This document shows, in pieces, positions 54,111-63,323 of a DNA stretch of 64,000 nucleotides. Numbering within the stretch: the stretch's first letter is position 1; each line of letters opens with the position of its first letter. The notes beneath the pieces are model-generated. The model saw only the letters and a program-made list of their open reading frames with translations, ran no database searches and had not been told where the DNA came from. Origin of the DNA: Clostridia bacterium. Its GTDB lineage: Bacteria > Bacillota > Clostridia > Saccharofermentanales > UBA5734. Position numbers and translations under genes: made by a program. Location of the stretch: positions 949,223 to 1,013,222 of the forward strand of contig JAXGXR010000002.1 in assembly GCA_040772725.1 (NCBI GenBank), read 5' to 3'.

Positions 54111-54675
54111 ATTATACAGCCGTATCAATGTCAATAGGAAATGCAGCCGTTTGTGGCCGTTTCCAATCGCCGGTTACATGCACACTGGGCGCCCGGAAGT
54201 TAGTTCCGTCGGGTTCCGAAATCCGAAATCGTGCCAGGCGCCCGAACGGAACTCGCATAATCCCACGGCTTGTGATGTTACAGGCTCAGTGCTTGCGGGG
54301 AGCTTCTTTTAATAAGTACTGAAACGGTGTCTGGCACCGCCCACTTGGCGGTGCCAGACAATATTTCAGAACCAGCGCGTCGTCACGCCCTGTAATGCTA
54401 CAGCCGCAGAGGTTTTCAGGGGGACTCGAAAATTGGTAACGAAACGGCAGCTGGCACCCATCCCGGAACCAACGGAACTAACGGGCAACGGCACACAAGC
54501 TCATGGAACAGGCTTGCTGTGACTTAGTCACGGAAACACCTGAACGCGATTTGTCATAGTGACGCAGACAGGCTATCGGGGTTATTGTCCCGGGCAGACT
54601 GGCACAAAGCGCATTGATTGAGGGGAGTTTGCCATTCATGTCGCATCCGGAAGGCGCATCCTGTATAATAATCTC
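54111..54675. repeat. 565-bp direct repeat, copy 2 (intact)
   Basis: Identical to copy 1. Bounded by the 9-bp inverted repeat ATTATACAG ... CTGTATAAT. No ORF longer than 66 codons. Confidence 0.9.
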
Positions 54676-54759
54676 TAACCAATAGAACCATTGGAACGGT
54701 ATTGATTATCAGGCATGGTCCATCGTGACAATTGATCAGATGAAGGTGAGGATAAGCGA

Positions 54760-56469
54760 ATGAAGAACATCCCCTTGTATGATGTCCGGAAAATCAATGA
54801 CCTGCGTGACATGCTCCGCCAAAGTGTGAAACTGTATGGTGATCAGACAGCTTTCTTGGTCAAGACAGAAGCCGGCAGTGACTATACGCCGGTCACTTAC
54901 CATCAGCTTGGCCGTGATGTGGATGGCTTCGGAACCGCTTTGCTTCAACTGGGCCTTTCAAGTGGTCGTGTCGCGATTCTCGCTGAAACCCGCTATGAAT
55001 GGTATGTCTCCTATTTGTCGACCGTCAACGGGGTAGGCACGGTCGTCCCTCTGGACAAGGAATTGCCGCAGGTTGAGATCAAGAATCTGCTGATCCGGTC
55101 CCATGCCGACGTGCTGATCTATTCCAGGTCCAAGCAGAAGGAAGTCCAGGCGATCCGCAAGGAAACGCCCGGTGTCAAGTATTTCATTTGCATGGATGAC
55201 AACCCGGCTGAAGCAGGCGACCTATTGTTCAGCGAGTTGCTGGCGGATGGTCGGATGCGGGTCGAGTCAGGAGACCAGCGTTTCCTCAACGCGCCTGTCG
55301 ATCCGGAAGCGATGCGGATCCTGCTGTTCACATCAGGAACAACATCTGCCTCAAAGGCTGTCATGCTTTCTCACCGCAACATTTGCATCAACCTGCAGGC
55401 CATGTGCTCCATGGTGGACATCAGACCGGACGATGTTTTCCTCTCGGTGCTGCCACTGCACCACACGTACGAATGCACCTGCGGCTTTCTCTGCCCGATT
55501 TACAGAGGATCGTCCGTCGCTGTCTGCGAGGGGCTGCGGCACATCGTGAAAAACCTCCAGGAGTCGCACGCCACCGTGATCCTGGTCGTGCCGCTGATGC
55601 TCGAACTGTTCTACAAGCGGATCATGAAGTCGGCGACATCGGATCCGAAACTCGCCAGGAAGTTCAACTTCGGACGAAAACTGAGCAAATTGCTGATGGC
55701 TGTCGGTGTGGACAAGCGGCGGAAACTGTTTGCCAAAATCCAGGACAATTTCGGCGGCAAGCTTCGACTGATCATAGCAGGGGGAGCGGCGATCGATCCG
55801 GCTGTTCTTTCAGGCATGCAGGAGTTTGGTTTTGGCTGCATCCAGGGCTATGGCCTGACCGAATGCGCGCCGATCCTCGCGCTCAACCGGGATGTCGATT
55901 TCAAGAACGAGTCAGCCGGGCTGCCGTTGCCGGGGATCGAGATACGCATCATCGACAAGGATGAGAATGGAATCGGCGAAATCATCGGCAAAGGGCCGAA
56001 TGTCATGCTCGGCTATTATGAAAACCCGGAGGCGACGGCGGAAGCGATCGACGCGGAAGGATTCTTTCACACAGGCGACCTGGGCTATCTGGACAAGGAT
56101 GGATTTGTCATCATCACCGGCCGCAAGAAAAACGTGATTGTGACGAAAAATGGCAAGAACATCTATCCTGAGGAAATCGAATTCCTGCTTTACAAGAGTG
56201 ATTTGATCCAGGAGTGCCTGGTGTTCGGCGGGACCGACGAGGACGGGGAGATCGTGGTCCGGGCCGAGATTTTCCCGAACATGGAGAAGATAAAGGAAGC
56301 GTATGGGTTTGAATCGGCGATGGGTGACGATGTGCGCCGATTGATCGCTGAAGAAGTGAAAAATGTCAATCACCAGCTTGCTACCTATAAATATATCAGA
56401 AGTTTCACGTTGCGCGATGTGGAGTTTGAGAAGACCACCTCCAAGAAAATCAAGCGCAAATACAATTGA
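54760..56469 (+). CDS. long-chain acyl-CoA synthetase (AMP-binding enzyme)
   Basis: 569 aa. AMP-binding motif FTSGTTSASKAV, YGLTE, and GDLGYLDKDGFVIITGRKKN. Confidence 0.85.
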   Translation: MKNIPLYDVRKINDLRDMLRQSVKLYGDQTAFLVKTEAGSDYTPVTYHQLGRDVDGFGTALLQLGLSSGRVAILAETRYEWYVSYLSTVNGVGTVVPLDKELPQVEIKNLLIRSHADVLIYSRSKQKEVQAIRKETPGVKYFICMDDNPAEAGDLLFSELLADGRMRVESGDQRFLNAPVDPEAMRILLFTSGTTSASKAVMLSHRNICINLQAMCSMVDIRPDDVFLSVLPLHHTYECTCGFLCPIYRGSSVAVCEGLRHIVKNLQESHATVILVVPLMLELFYKRIMKSATSDPKLARKFNFGRKLSKLLMAVGVDKRRKLFAKIQDNFGGKLRLIIAGGAAIDPAVLSGMQEFGFGCIQGYGLTECAPILALNRDVDFKNESAGLPLPGIEIRIIDKDENGIGEIIGKGPNVMLGYYENPEATAEAIDAEGFFHTGDLGYLDKDGFVIITGRKKNVIVTKNGKNIYPEEIEFLLYKSDLIQECLVFGGTDEDGEIVVRAEIFPNMEKIKEAYGFESAMGDDVRRLIAEEVKNVNHQLATYKYIRSFTLRDVEFEKTTSKKIKRKYN

Positions 56470-56559
56470 CCGGACCCGGACAGCAAGACGCTCGTTATGG
56501 CAGCCATTCCGTCCGACTGGCTTGATGGGACCGGCTCATACATCAATAACAGGGAGTGA

Positions 56560-57072
56560 ATGTGTATGCTGAAAACAAGAGCGGCTCAGATTGTCGCGCT
56601 CGTGCTGCTGGTCGCCGTCGTGGCGGTGGGGGCATTGGCCGTGCTCAATGGTGGATTTGACGGATTGTTCGGGCTTGGCGGCAAGAAGGCCGATGACCAG
56701 ACGGACACCAGTGTATATGAACTGGTGGTGAAAGATGGCAGTCAAACGCCTGTCCATCAGCCGATCGACAATTTTTCTGAATGGATCAAAACAACCGATA
56801 AACCTATTTTTGTCGACTTTTGGGCTGACTGGTGCGCGCCTTGCCGGGCTGCTGCGCCTTTCGTCGAATCGCTGGCGACCGAATACGCTGGCAAAGCCCA
56901 TATCGTCAAAATCGATGTAGATGAAGAAACGGCGCTGGCCCGGGCATACAACGCCACCAGCATCCCGTTATTCGTGTTTATCAAGAATGGTGAAATGGTA
57001 AGCAGCATGGCCGGATATTCAAGCGCTCGCGACGACCAGATCCGTGACGTGCTGAACCAGTTGATCGGTTGA
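56560..57072 (+). CDS. membrane-anchored thioredoxin
   Basis: N-terminal TM helix followed by a thioredoxin fold with the active site WADWCAPC. Confidence 0.85.
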   Translation: MCMLKTRAAQIVALVLLVAVVAVGALAVLNGGFDGLFGLGGKKADDQTDTSVYELVVKDGSQTPVHQPIDNFSEWIKTTDKPIFVDFWADWCAPCRAAAPFVESLATEYAGKAHIVKIDVDEETALARAYNATSIPLFVFIKNGEMVSSMAGYSSARDDQIRDVLNQLIG

Positions 57073-57968
57073 CCGTGGAGATCCTGCTGTGGTTTGAGTC
57101 GATACGGACGCCATTTCTCGACACTCTGTTTCTGGTCGTGACTTTCCTGGGTCAGCAGGAACTGCTGATCGGCGGATTTTGCATCCTATACTGGATGGTG
57201 GACAAAAAACTGGCCTATCGCATCGGTGCGTCCGCCTTTGTCGCGATCGGCATGAACCAGTTCATGAAGAACACGTTTGCCGTTGCCCGGCCTTTTGTGC
57301 GATGGCCGGGATTGACACCGGTCGAGTCGGCCTTGCCTGCCGCGACCGGTTACTCCTTGCCAAGCGGGCACACGGCCAATGCGGTTGCTGTCTATGGCAT
57401 GGCCGGGTTCAGTGTGCACGGACCGCTGCGCGTCATCTTGTGGGTTGTACCCTGGCTGGTGGGATTGTCCCGCCTCTACCTCGGCGTCCACACGCTTGTG
57501 GATGTAGTGGTTTCGCTATTGATCGGGATTCCGCTGGCCGCGTCTGTCAGCCTGCTGGCTGACGCTTACGACTCAGACCGGATCAAGCCGTTCATCCTCT
57601 TGCTGGCCGCTCTGGCCGGTGCCATGCTGCTGGCTGTCGCCGGATTCATTGCCCCGGGCAGCATCAATCCTCATGAGTCGATCGATTGCTTCAAAGCGTC
57701 CGGCGCCATTGCCGGATTTGCCTTCGGCTTTTACCTGGAGCAACGGTTCATCAAGCATACGCCGAAGAGCAGTCTGGTCTTGCAGATCCAGAAGCTTGTC
57801 CTGGGCTTCGCCGTGACCATCCTGCTGCTTGTTTCCGCCAAGGTTTTGCTCAACAGCCTGCTTGGGGAGCAGATCGGTTCTTTTGCCCGTTACGGCCTGG
57901 TTTCACTCTGGATTGTCGCAGGTCTTCCGGCTTTCGCCAAACTGCTCGAACCTCGTCGAACCTGCTGA
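57069..57968 (+). CDS. PAP2-family phosphatase (membrane)
   Basis: PAP2 motifs SLPSGHT and SRLYLGVHTLVDV, multi-TM. TTG 57069 overlaps the thioredoxin stop; GTG 57075 is an alternative start. Confidence 0.8.
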   Translation: MTVEILLWFESIRTPFLDTLFLVVTFLGQQELLIGGFCILYWMVDKKLAYRIGASAFVAIGMNQFMKNTFAVARPFVRWPGLTPVESALPAATGYSLPSGHTANAVAVYGMAGFSVHGPLRVILWVVPWLVGLSRLYLGVHTLVDVVVSLLIGIPLAASVSLLADAYDSDRIKPFILLLAALAGAMLLAVAGFIAPGSINPHESIDCFKASGAIAGFAFGFYLEQRFIKHTPKSSLVLQIQKLVLGFAVTILLLVSAKVLLNSLLGEQIGSFARYGLVSLWIVAGLPAFAKLLEPRRTC

Positions 57969-58057
57969 GCAACGAAGCGGTTCATGCTATACTGAATATA
58001 TTATTGACCTTCAGGGATTCATGATCAGTCAATGTTCGCGTCACAGGAGGTCCAGCC

Positions 58058-58195
58058 ATGCGTCGAAGACCCTACCTGATCCCACTGGCCATCGGCCTGG
58101 TCTTGATGGCTATCGGCATCCTGCGCGGTACCGAGCTGCCGCGCCTTCTGGCGAAAGCAACGCACATCTGTCTGGAGTGTATCGGCATTGGCTAG
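58058..58195 (+). CDS. 45-aa membrane CXXC peptide (CD1871A-like)
   Basis: Absent from the ORF track because it is under 60 aa. AGGAGG lies 7 nt upstream. One TM helix and a C-terminal ICLECIGIG. Overlaps the next gene by 8 nt. Confidence 0.6.
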   Translation: MRRRPYLIPLAIGLVLMAIGILRGTELPRLLAKATHICLECIGIG

Positions 58196-59120
58196 TAAGC
58201 AACGCGTCCGCAAACAGGAAAAAAGGCGCCGCCTGATCCAACTCGGCGGTCTGGTGGCCAGCAACAGCTATCTGAAAGGTTTTTTTGAGGGCGGCATCTA
58301 CCAGGGCAAGCTCAAGACTGTCTGTGTGCCCGGTCTCAACTGCTACTCCTGCCCGGGGGCATTGGGGTCCTGTCCGCTTGGCGCGCTGCAGAATTCGATC
58401 GCTGATCCTTCACAGCAGATTTCGTTCTATGTCTTGGGGTTTCTCGTCGCCATCGGTGCTTTGCTGGGCCGAGCGGTCTGTGGATTTCTTTGCCCGTTCG
58501 GACTGTTCCAGGATCTTCTGGGCCGACGCGCGAAAAGGCGGTTCAAGGGAATTGGCGGGATAAGGACAGACCAGCTGCTGCGCTCGGCCAAGACGGTCAT
58601 CCTGGTTGTCTTTGTGGTGGTGCTGCCATTTGCCGGTCTCATGGCCAGCGGCTTCGGATCCCCCATGTTCTGCAAGCTGATCTGCCCGTCCGGCACGCTG
58701 ATGGCCGGATTGCCGCTGATCGCGCTCAACAGCGACCTGAGGGAGATCATCGGTGTCCTGTTTGGCTGGAAGGTGTTTCTCCTGCTGTTCTTCACCGGTC
58801 TTTCCCTGGTCATCTACCGCCCGTTTTGCCGCTATGTGTGCCCTCTTGGCGCGATTTACGGATTTTTCAACCGGATCAGCCTTTACCGGGTAGCGGTCGA
58901 CTACGACCGCTGCACCAATTGCGGAGCCTGCACCCGCATCTGCCCCATGGGCGCGCCCATCCCGGCCCACCCGGACAGCGCGGAATGCATCCGGTGCGGA
59001 GCGTGTGCGGCAGTCTGCCCGGAGGATGCCATTCAATGCGGCTTCCCGAGACGTTCGGACTCGGCGAAGACGAAGTCTCCAGTGATCATCGATACGCAAC
59101 CAGACCACGAGACTTCCTGA
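58188..59120 (+). CDS. membrane 4Fe-4S ferredoxin-type protein (NapH/MauN-like)
   Basis: N-terminal CYSCPGALGSCP motif, 4-5 TM segments, and C-terminal CTNCGACTRICP and CIRCGACAAVCP motifs. TTG start. Confidence 0.75.
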   Translation: MASKQRVRKQEKRRRLIQLGGLVASNSYLKGFFEGGIYQGKLKTVCVPGLNCYSCPGALGSCPLGALQNSIADPSQQISFYVLGFLVAIGALLGRAVCGFLCPFGLFQDLLGRRAKRRFKGIGGIRTDQLLRSAKTVILVVFVVVLPFAGLMASGFGSPMFCKLICPSGTLMAGLPLIALNSDLREIIGVLFGWKVFLLLFFTGLSLVIYRPFCRYVCPLGAIYGFFNRISLYRVAVDYDRCTNCGACTRICPMGAPIPAHPDSAECIRCGACAAVCPEDAIQCGFPRRSDSAKTKSPVIIDTQPDHETS

Positions 59121-59131
59121 AAGGAAAGACT

Positions 59132-60472
59132 GTGAGCCCGACGCGACACCCAGACCGCCAGCTCTGGTACCCACTCGACAACTCGGCCAAGATATTTCCG
59201 GCCATCCGGACGAGCCACATCAGCGCCGTCTTTCGAGTCACAGTGCTCTTGAAACAAGAGATCGACCCGGCTTTGCTGCTTCAAGCATTGAAGGACATCC
59301 TGCCCCGGTTTCCCGGCTTCACCCTTCGTCTGAGACCGGGCTTTTTCTGGTATTACCTGGAGCCCAATCCCAAACCACCAGCCGTCTATCCGGACACGCG
59401 ATTCCCTTGCCGTCGCCTGTACCGCAAGGACAATGAGGGATATTTGTTTCGCGTCCTTTATCACGCCAACCGGATATCAATCGAATTTTTCCACTCACTG
59501 ACCGATGGAAGCGGTGCCATGATTTTCATGAAGACCCTGGCTGCCCGGTACCTGACGTTGCTAGGCATGAAGATCCCGGATGAAGAGGGGATTCTGCCGC
59601 TTCATGAAACACCTCACCCGGAGGAGATGGAAGACAGCGCACGACGATACGCGAAGCCGACCATCCGTTTCAGCAGGCGACAGCCTGCCGCTTTTCATCT
59701 CAAGGGGATTCCGGAACCGTTGGGGCGTGTCCATGTCATCTCTGCGCGCATGCCGGTAGCCGCCATCCGCGAAAAAGCCAAATTGATGGGGGTGTCGATC
59801 AACGACCTTCTCGCGGCTGCCTACATGGATGCCTTCAGTCAGGTCCAGCAAGCAGCCGAACGTCATCCCCAAAAGCCAATCGTCATTGCCATTCCGGTCA
59901 ACCTGAGGCAAATCTACAACAGCCGGACGCTGCGCAACTTTTTTCAACGGATTTACCCAACCCTGATGCCGGGTTATCAGACGCACACCTTTGAAGAGAT
60001 TGTTTCGCTGGTCCATCACTCGGTCCGCCTCGGCATGAACGAAAAAGAACTGAACGCCAAAATGTCTGCCAATCTGCGCCGCGAAAGGCAACTGGCCCTA
60101 AGGCTCATACCGCTCTTTATCAAGAACTGGATCCTCCGGGCCATGTTCCGGATGTATGGTGACAGCCGCTACACCAGCACCTTCAGTAACCTGGGCAGCG
60201 TGAAACTGCCGGAAGCCATGCGCGACCAAGTCGAAGGCTTCGAGGTGCTGTTCGGGCCATCGCTGGACAATGTCGTCAACGCAGGCGTCGTGTCTTACGG
60301 GCAGGATCTGGTCATCACGTTTACAAGGAGAATCAGGGAACCGATTATTGAACGGTTGATGCTGACCCGACTGGTCGGGATGGGAATCCCGGTGACGGTG
60401 GTCAGCAATGCGCCAGAGCAAGGAGGAACGGATCATGGGAACGACCATCGACTCTTTCGGCCTCAATCATGA
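59132..60472 (+). CDS. condensation-domain-like acyltransferase (alcohol acetyltransferase-like)
   Basis: 446 aa from GTG 59132 behind AAAGGAAAG. HxxxDG-type motif FHSLTDGSG. The ORF-track start at 58490 overlaps the ferredoxin gene in another frame. Confidence 0.6.
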   Translation: MSPTRHPDRQLWYPLDNSAKIFPAIRTSHISAVFRVTVLLKQEIDPALLLQALKDILPRFPGFTLRLRPGFFWYYLEPNPKPPAVYPDTRFPCRRLYRKDNEGYLFRVLYHANRISIEFFHSLTDGSGAMIFMKTLAARYLTLLGMKIPDEEGILPLHETPHPEEMEDSARRYAKPTIRFSRRQPAAFHLKGIPEPLGRVHVISARMPVAAIREKAKLMGVSINDLLAAAYMDAFSQVQQAAERHPQKPIVIAIPVNLRQIYNSRTLRNFFQRIYPTLMPGYQTHTFEEIVSLVHHSVRLGMNEKELNAKMSANLRRERQLALRLIPLFIKNWILRAMFRMYGDSRYTSTFSNLGSVKLPEAMRDQVEGFEVLFGPSLDNVVNAGVVSYGQDLVITFTRRIREPIIERLMLTRLVGMGIPVTVVSNAPEQGGTDHGNDHRLFRPQS

Positions 60473-61479
60473 CGGGATACCCGTCCAGCGATTCACCTTG
60501 GACCGGGGTGGCGTCACGGTCAGCCTGATCGAATACGCCGCCGCGATCCAGCAGCTCATTGTACCCGACTCCGAGGGGCGCCCCGCGGACATCGTGCTCG
60601 GGTATGAAACGGTCGAGGGGTATGAAAAAAGGCCGTGGCCAACAGGGCGCGATCATCGGACGACATGCCAACCGGATCGAAAATGCCGAGTTTGAGCTTT
60701 CCGGGAAGACATATCATCTGGCGGCAAACAGCGGGCGGCACAATTCGCACAGCGGCCCGGTCGGGCTTTCCAAGCGACTTTGGTCAGGAGCGGTGATAGC
60801 CGACCCGTCCAGTGACGCCGTGCGCTTCACGATCGAAAGTCCCGATGGGGATCAGGGATTTCCGGGACACCTGACCGTGATGGTGACTTACCGGTTGGAT
60901 GACGAGGGCAGCCTGACCCTTGACTATCAGGCCCATAGTGACCAGGACACGGTGGTCAATCTGACCAACCATGCCTATTTCAATCTGGCCGGGATCGAGA
61001 CGGGATCGATCATGGACCAGACCCTGATGATGCCGGCCGAGTTTTTCACAGTGGTGAACCCGGAAGGCCTTCCCAACGGAGAGATCCGGCGGGTCGATGG
61101 CACCGCCTTCGACTTTCGCGAACCGAAAGCGCTCGGCCGGGACATTGGGGCTGATGAAATCCAGGACAGTCATGGCTATGACCACAACTGGATTGTTCCC
61201 GGACCGATCGGCCAATTGCGCTTGTGCGCGGTCGCGACCGACCCGGTGAGCGGACGCAGGCTGGTCTGCGAGACAACCATGCCGGGTGTGCAGTTTTATA
61301 CCGCGAACACGTTGCCCGAGCAAATCGGAAAGGGTGGTGGCCGGTTCGGCCAGCACGGCGGATTTTGCCTTGAAACGCAGTATTTCCCCAATTCCATGCG
61401 CCACCTCCATTTCCCGTCCCCCATCCTGAAAGCCGGTGAGACATACCATCACCAGACGGTGTTCCGTTTTAAAAATTGA
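60435..61479 (+). pseudogene. galM: aldose 1-epimerase (galactose mutarotase), frameshifted
   Basis: N-terminal part (MGTTIDSFGL...VLGYETVEGYEK) is in one frame and GAIIGRHANRI...NHAYFNL...FCLETQ is in the +1 frame. The switch occurs at the A6 run 60625-60630. Confidence 0.8.
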
Positions 61480-61554
61480 ATGTCTCGCAGCGAACAGTAA
61501 AACGCCGGATTGCTTCAAGCAGCCCGGCGTCATTGTTAATGAGGGGCAGGATGT

Positions 61555-63270
61555 TTATTTCTTCCAGCTGTCCTTCAGGGATACGCTTCGGTTGAACACC
61601 AACGCGTCCGGCCGGCTGTCTTTCGAGTCGAGACAGAAATAGCCCAGTCGCAGGAACTGGCAATTGAGGGGCGCGGATGAGCCGGCCAGACTGGCTTCGA
61701 CATAGGCCTGCTTCAAGACCTCGAGAGAGTCCGGATTCAAATGCTCGAGAAAATCACGCTCGGCGGAATCCGGGTCTTCAACGGCGAACAGATTGTCATA
61801 CAGACGCACTTGCGCCGCGACGGCGGTCTTGCTGTCGACCCAGTGGATCGTGCCCTTGATGCGCCGGCCATCCGGTGCGTTGCCGCCCCGCGTGTCGGGA
61901 TCGTAGGTCGCATAGACGGTCGTGACGTTGCCGTCGGCATCCTTTTCGCAGCCGGTGCAGCGGATGATGTAGGCCGTCTTGAGCCGGACCTCATTGCCTG
62001 GGAAGAGCCGGAAGTAGCCTTTGGCCGGCACTTCGGCGAAATCATCGGCTTCGATCCACAGCTCACGTGAGAACGTGACCGTCCGCGTGCCGTCTTCCGG
62101 CCGTTCCGGATTGTTTTCGACTGTGAAGTCCTCGACCAGGTTTTCCGGATAATTGGTCAGGACGAGCTTGACAGGCCGCAGGACCGCCATGACCCGCCTG
62201 GCGTTGCTGTTCAGGTCCTCGCGCAGGCAATGCTCGAGAAACGCGTAGTCGACCGTGCTGTTGACCTTGGAAACCCCGATCCGGTCGGTGAAATTGCGGA
62301 TCGAGGACGGCGTGTAGCCCCTGCGCCTCAGGCCGCCCAGAGTCGGCATGCGGGGGTCGTCCCAGCCGTCAACCAGGCCGCCCTCCACCAGGCGGCGGAG
62401 TTTGCGTTTGCTCATGACAGTGTAATTGATGCCCAGTCGGGCAAATTCGATCTGCCTCGGCTGGGCCGGCAGGTCGAGGTTGTTGATGACCCAGTCATAA
62501 AGGGGCCGGTGATCCTCGAACTCGAGAGAGCAGAGGGAGTGGGTCACGAGTTCCAGCGCGTCCTCGATCGGATGGGCATAGTCGTACATCGGGTAGATGC
62601 ACCAGTCGTCACCCGTGCGATGGTGATGGATGCGCAGAATCCGGTACAGGACCGGATCACGCATGTTGAAGTTGCCGGAGTTCAGGTCGATCCTGGCTCT
62701 CAGCGTGTACGTTCCGTCGGCGAATTCACCGGCCCGCATACGACGGAACAAGTCGAGATTTTCCTCGACCGGACGATCACGCCAGGGGCTGGGGATGCCC
62801 GGCGTGGTCAGGGTGCCGCGGCTTTCCCGCATCTGTTCCGGCGTCTGCTCGCAGACAAAGGCCAGCCCTTTGCGGATCAGGTCACAGGCAAAGCCATACA
62901 TCTGTTCAAAATAGTCCGACGCATAGTAAAACCGGTCGCCCCAGTCGAAACCGAGCCAATGGATGTCCTCCTTGATGGCCTCGACATACTCGACATCCTC
63001 TTTGCTCGGGTTGGTGTCGTCCATCCGCAGATTGCACAGGCCGCCATACTGCTCGGCGATCCCGAAATCGATGCAGATCGCTTTCGCGTGGCCGATATGA
63101 AGATAGCCGTTTGGCTCGGGCGGAAACCGGGTGTGCACGGCCATGCCGGCAAACCGGCCGCCCTCGGCGATGTCTTCATCGATCAGGTCATGGATGAAAT
63201 GACGGGTCGATGTGTTTGAATCATGTTCCGCCGGAATGTCCGCCGGGTTTTTGTTTTCTTTGTCACGCAT
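61555..63270 (-). CDS. glnS: glutaminyl-tRNA synthetase
   Basis: 571 aa from ATG 63270 behind AGGAG. Class I HIGH motif PEPNGYLHIGHAK and KMSKS-type VMSKR. Confidence 0.9.
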   Translation of the reverse strand: MRDKENKNPADIPAEHDSNTSTRHFIHDLIDEDIAEGGRFAGMAVHTRFPPEPNGYLHIGHAKAICIDFGIAEQYGGLCNLRMDDTNPSKEDVEYVEAIKEDIHWLGFDWGDRFYYASDYFEQMYGFACDLIRKGLAFVCEQTPEQMRESRGTLTTPGIPSPWRDRPVEENLDLFRRMRAGEFADGTYTLRARIDLNSGNFNMRDPVLYRILRIHHHRTGDDWCIYPMYDYAHPIEDALELVTHSLCSLEFEDHRPLYDWVINNLDLPAQPRQIEFARLGINYTVMSKRKLRRLVEGGLVDGWDDPRMPTLGGLRRRGYTPSSIRNFTDRIGVSKVNSTVDYAFLEHCLREDLNSNARRVMAVLRPVKLVLTNYPENLVEDFTVENNPERPEDGTRTVTFSRELWIEADDFAEVPAKGYFRLFPGNEVRLKTAYIIRCTGCEKDADGNVTTVYATYDPDTRGGNAPDGRRIKGTIHWVDSKTAVAAQVRLYDNLFAVEDPDSAERDFLEHLNPDSLEVLKQAYVEASLAGSSAPLNCQFLRLGYFCLDSKDSRPDALVFNRSVSLKDSWKK

Positions 63271-63323
63271 GTTTATCGCTCCTATACTGGCCCAGTGCGG
63301 CCGATTCGCGTTCGATGAGCTGT

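Noticed and set aside
58490-59131. N-terminal 214 codons of the 660-aa ORF at 58490-60472
   Set aside because: This part overlaps the NapH-like ferredoxin gene in another frame and is Arg/Pro-rich nonsense. The recognisable acyltransferase sequence begins at GTG 59132 behind an RBS.
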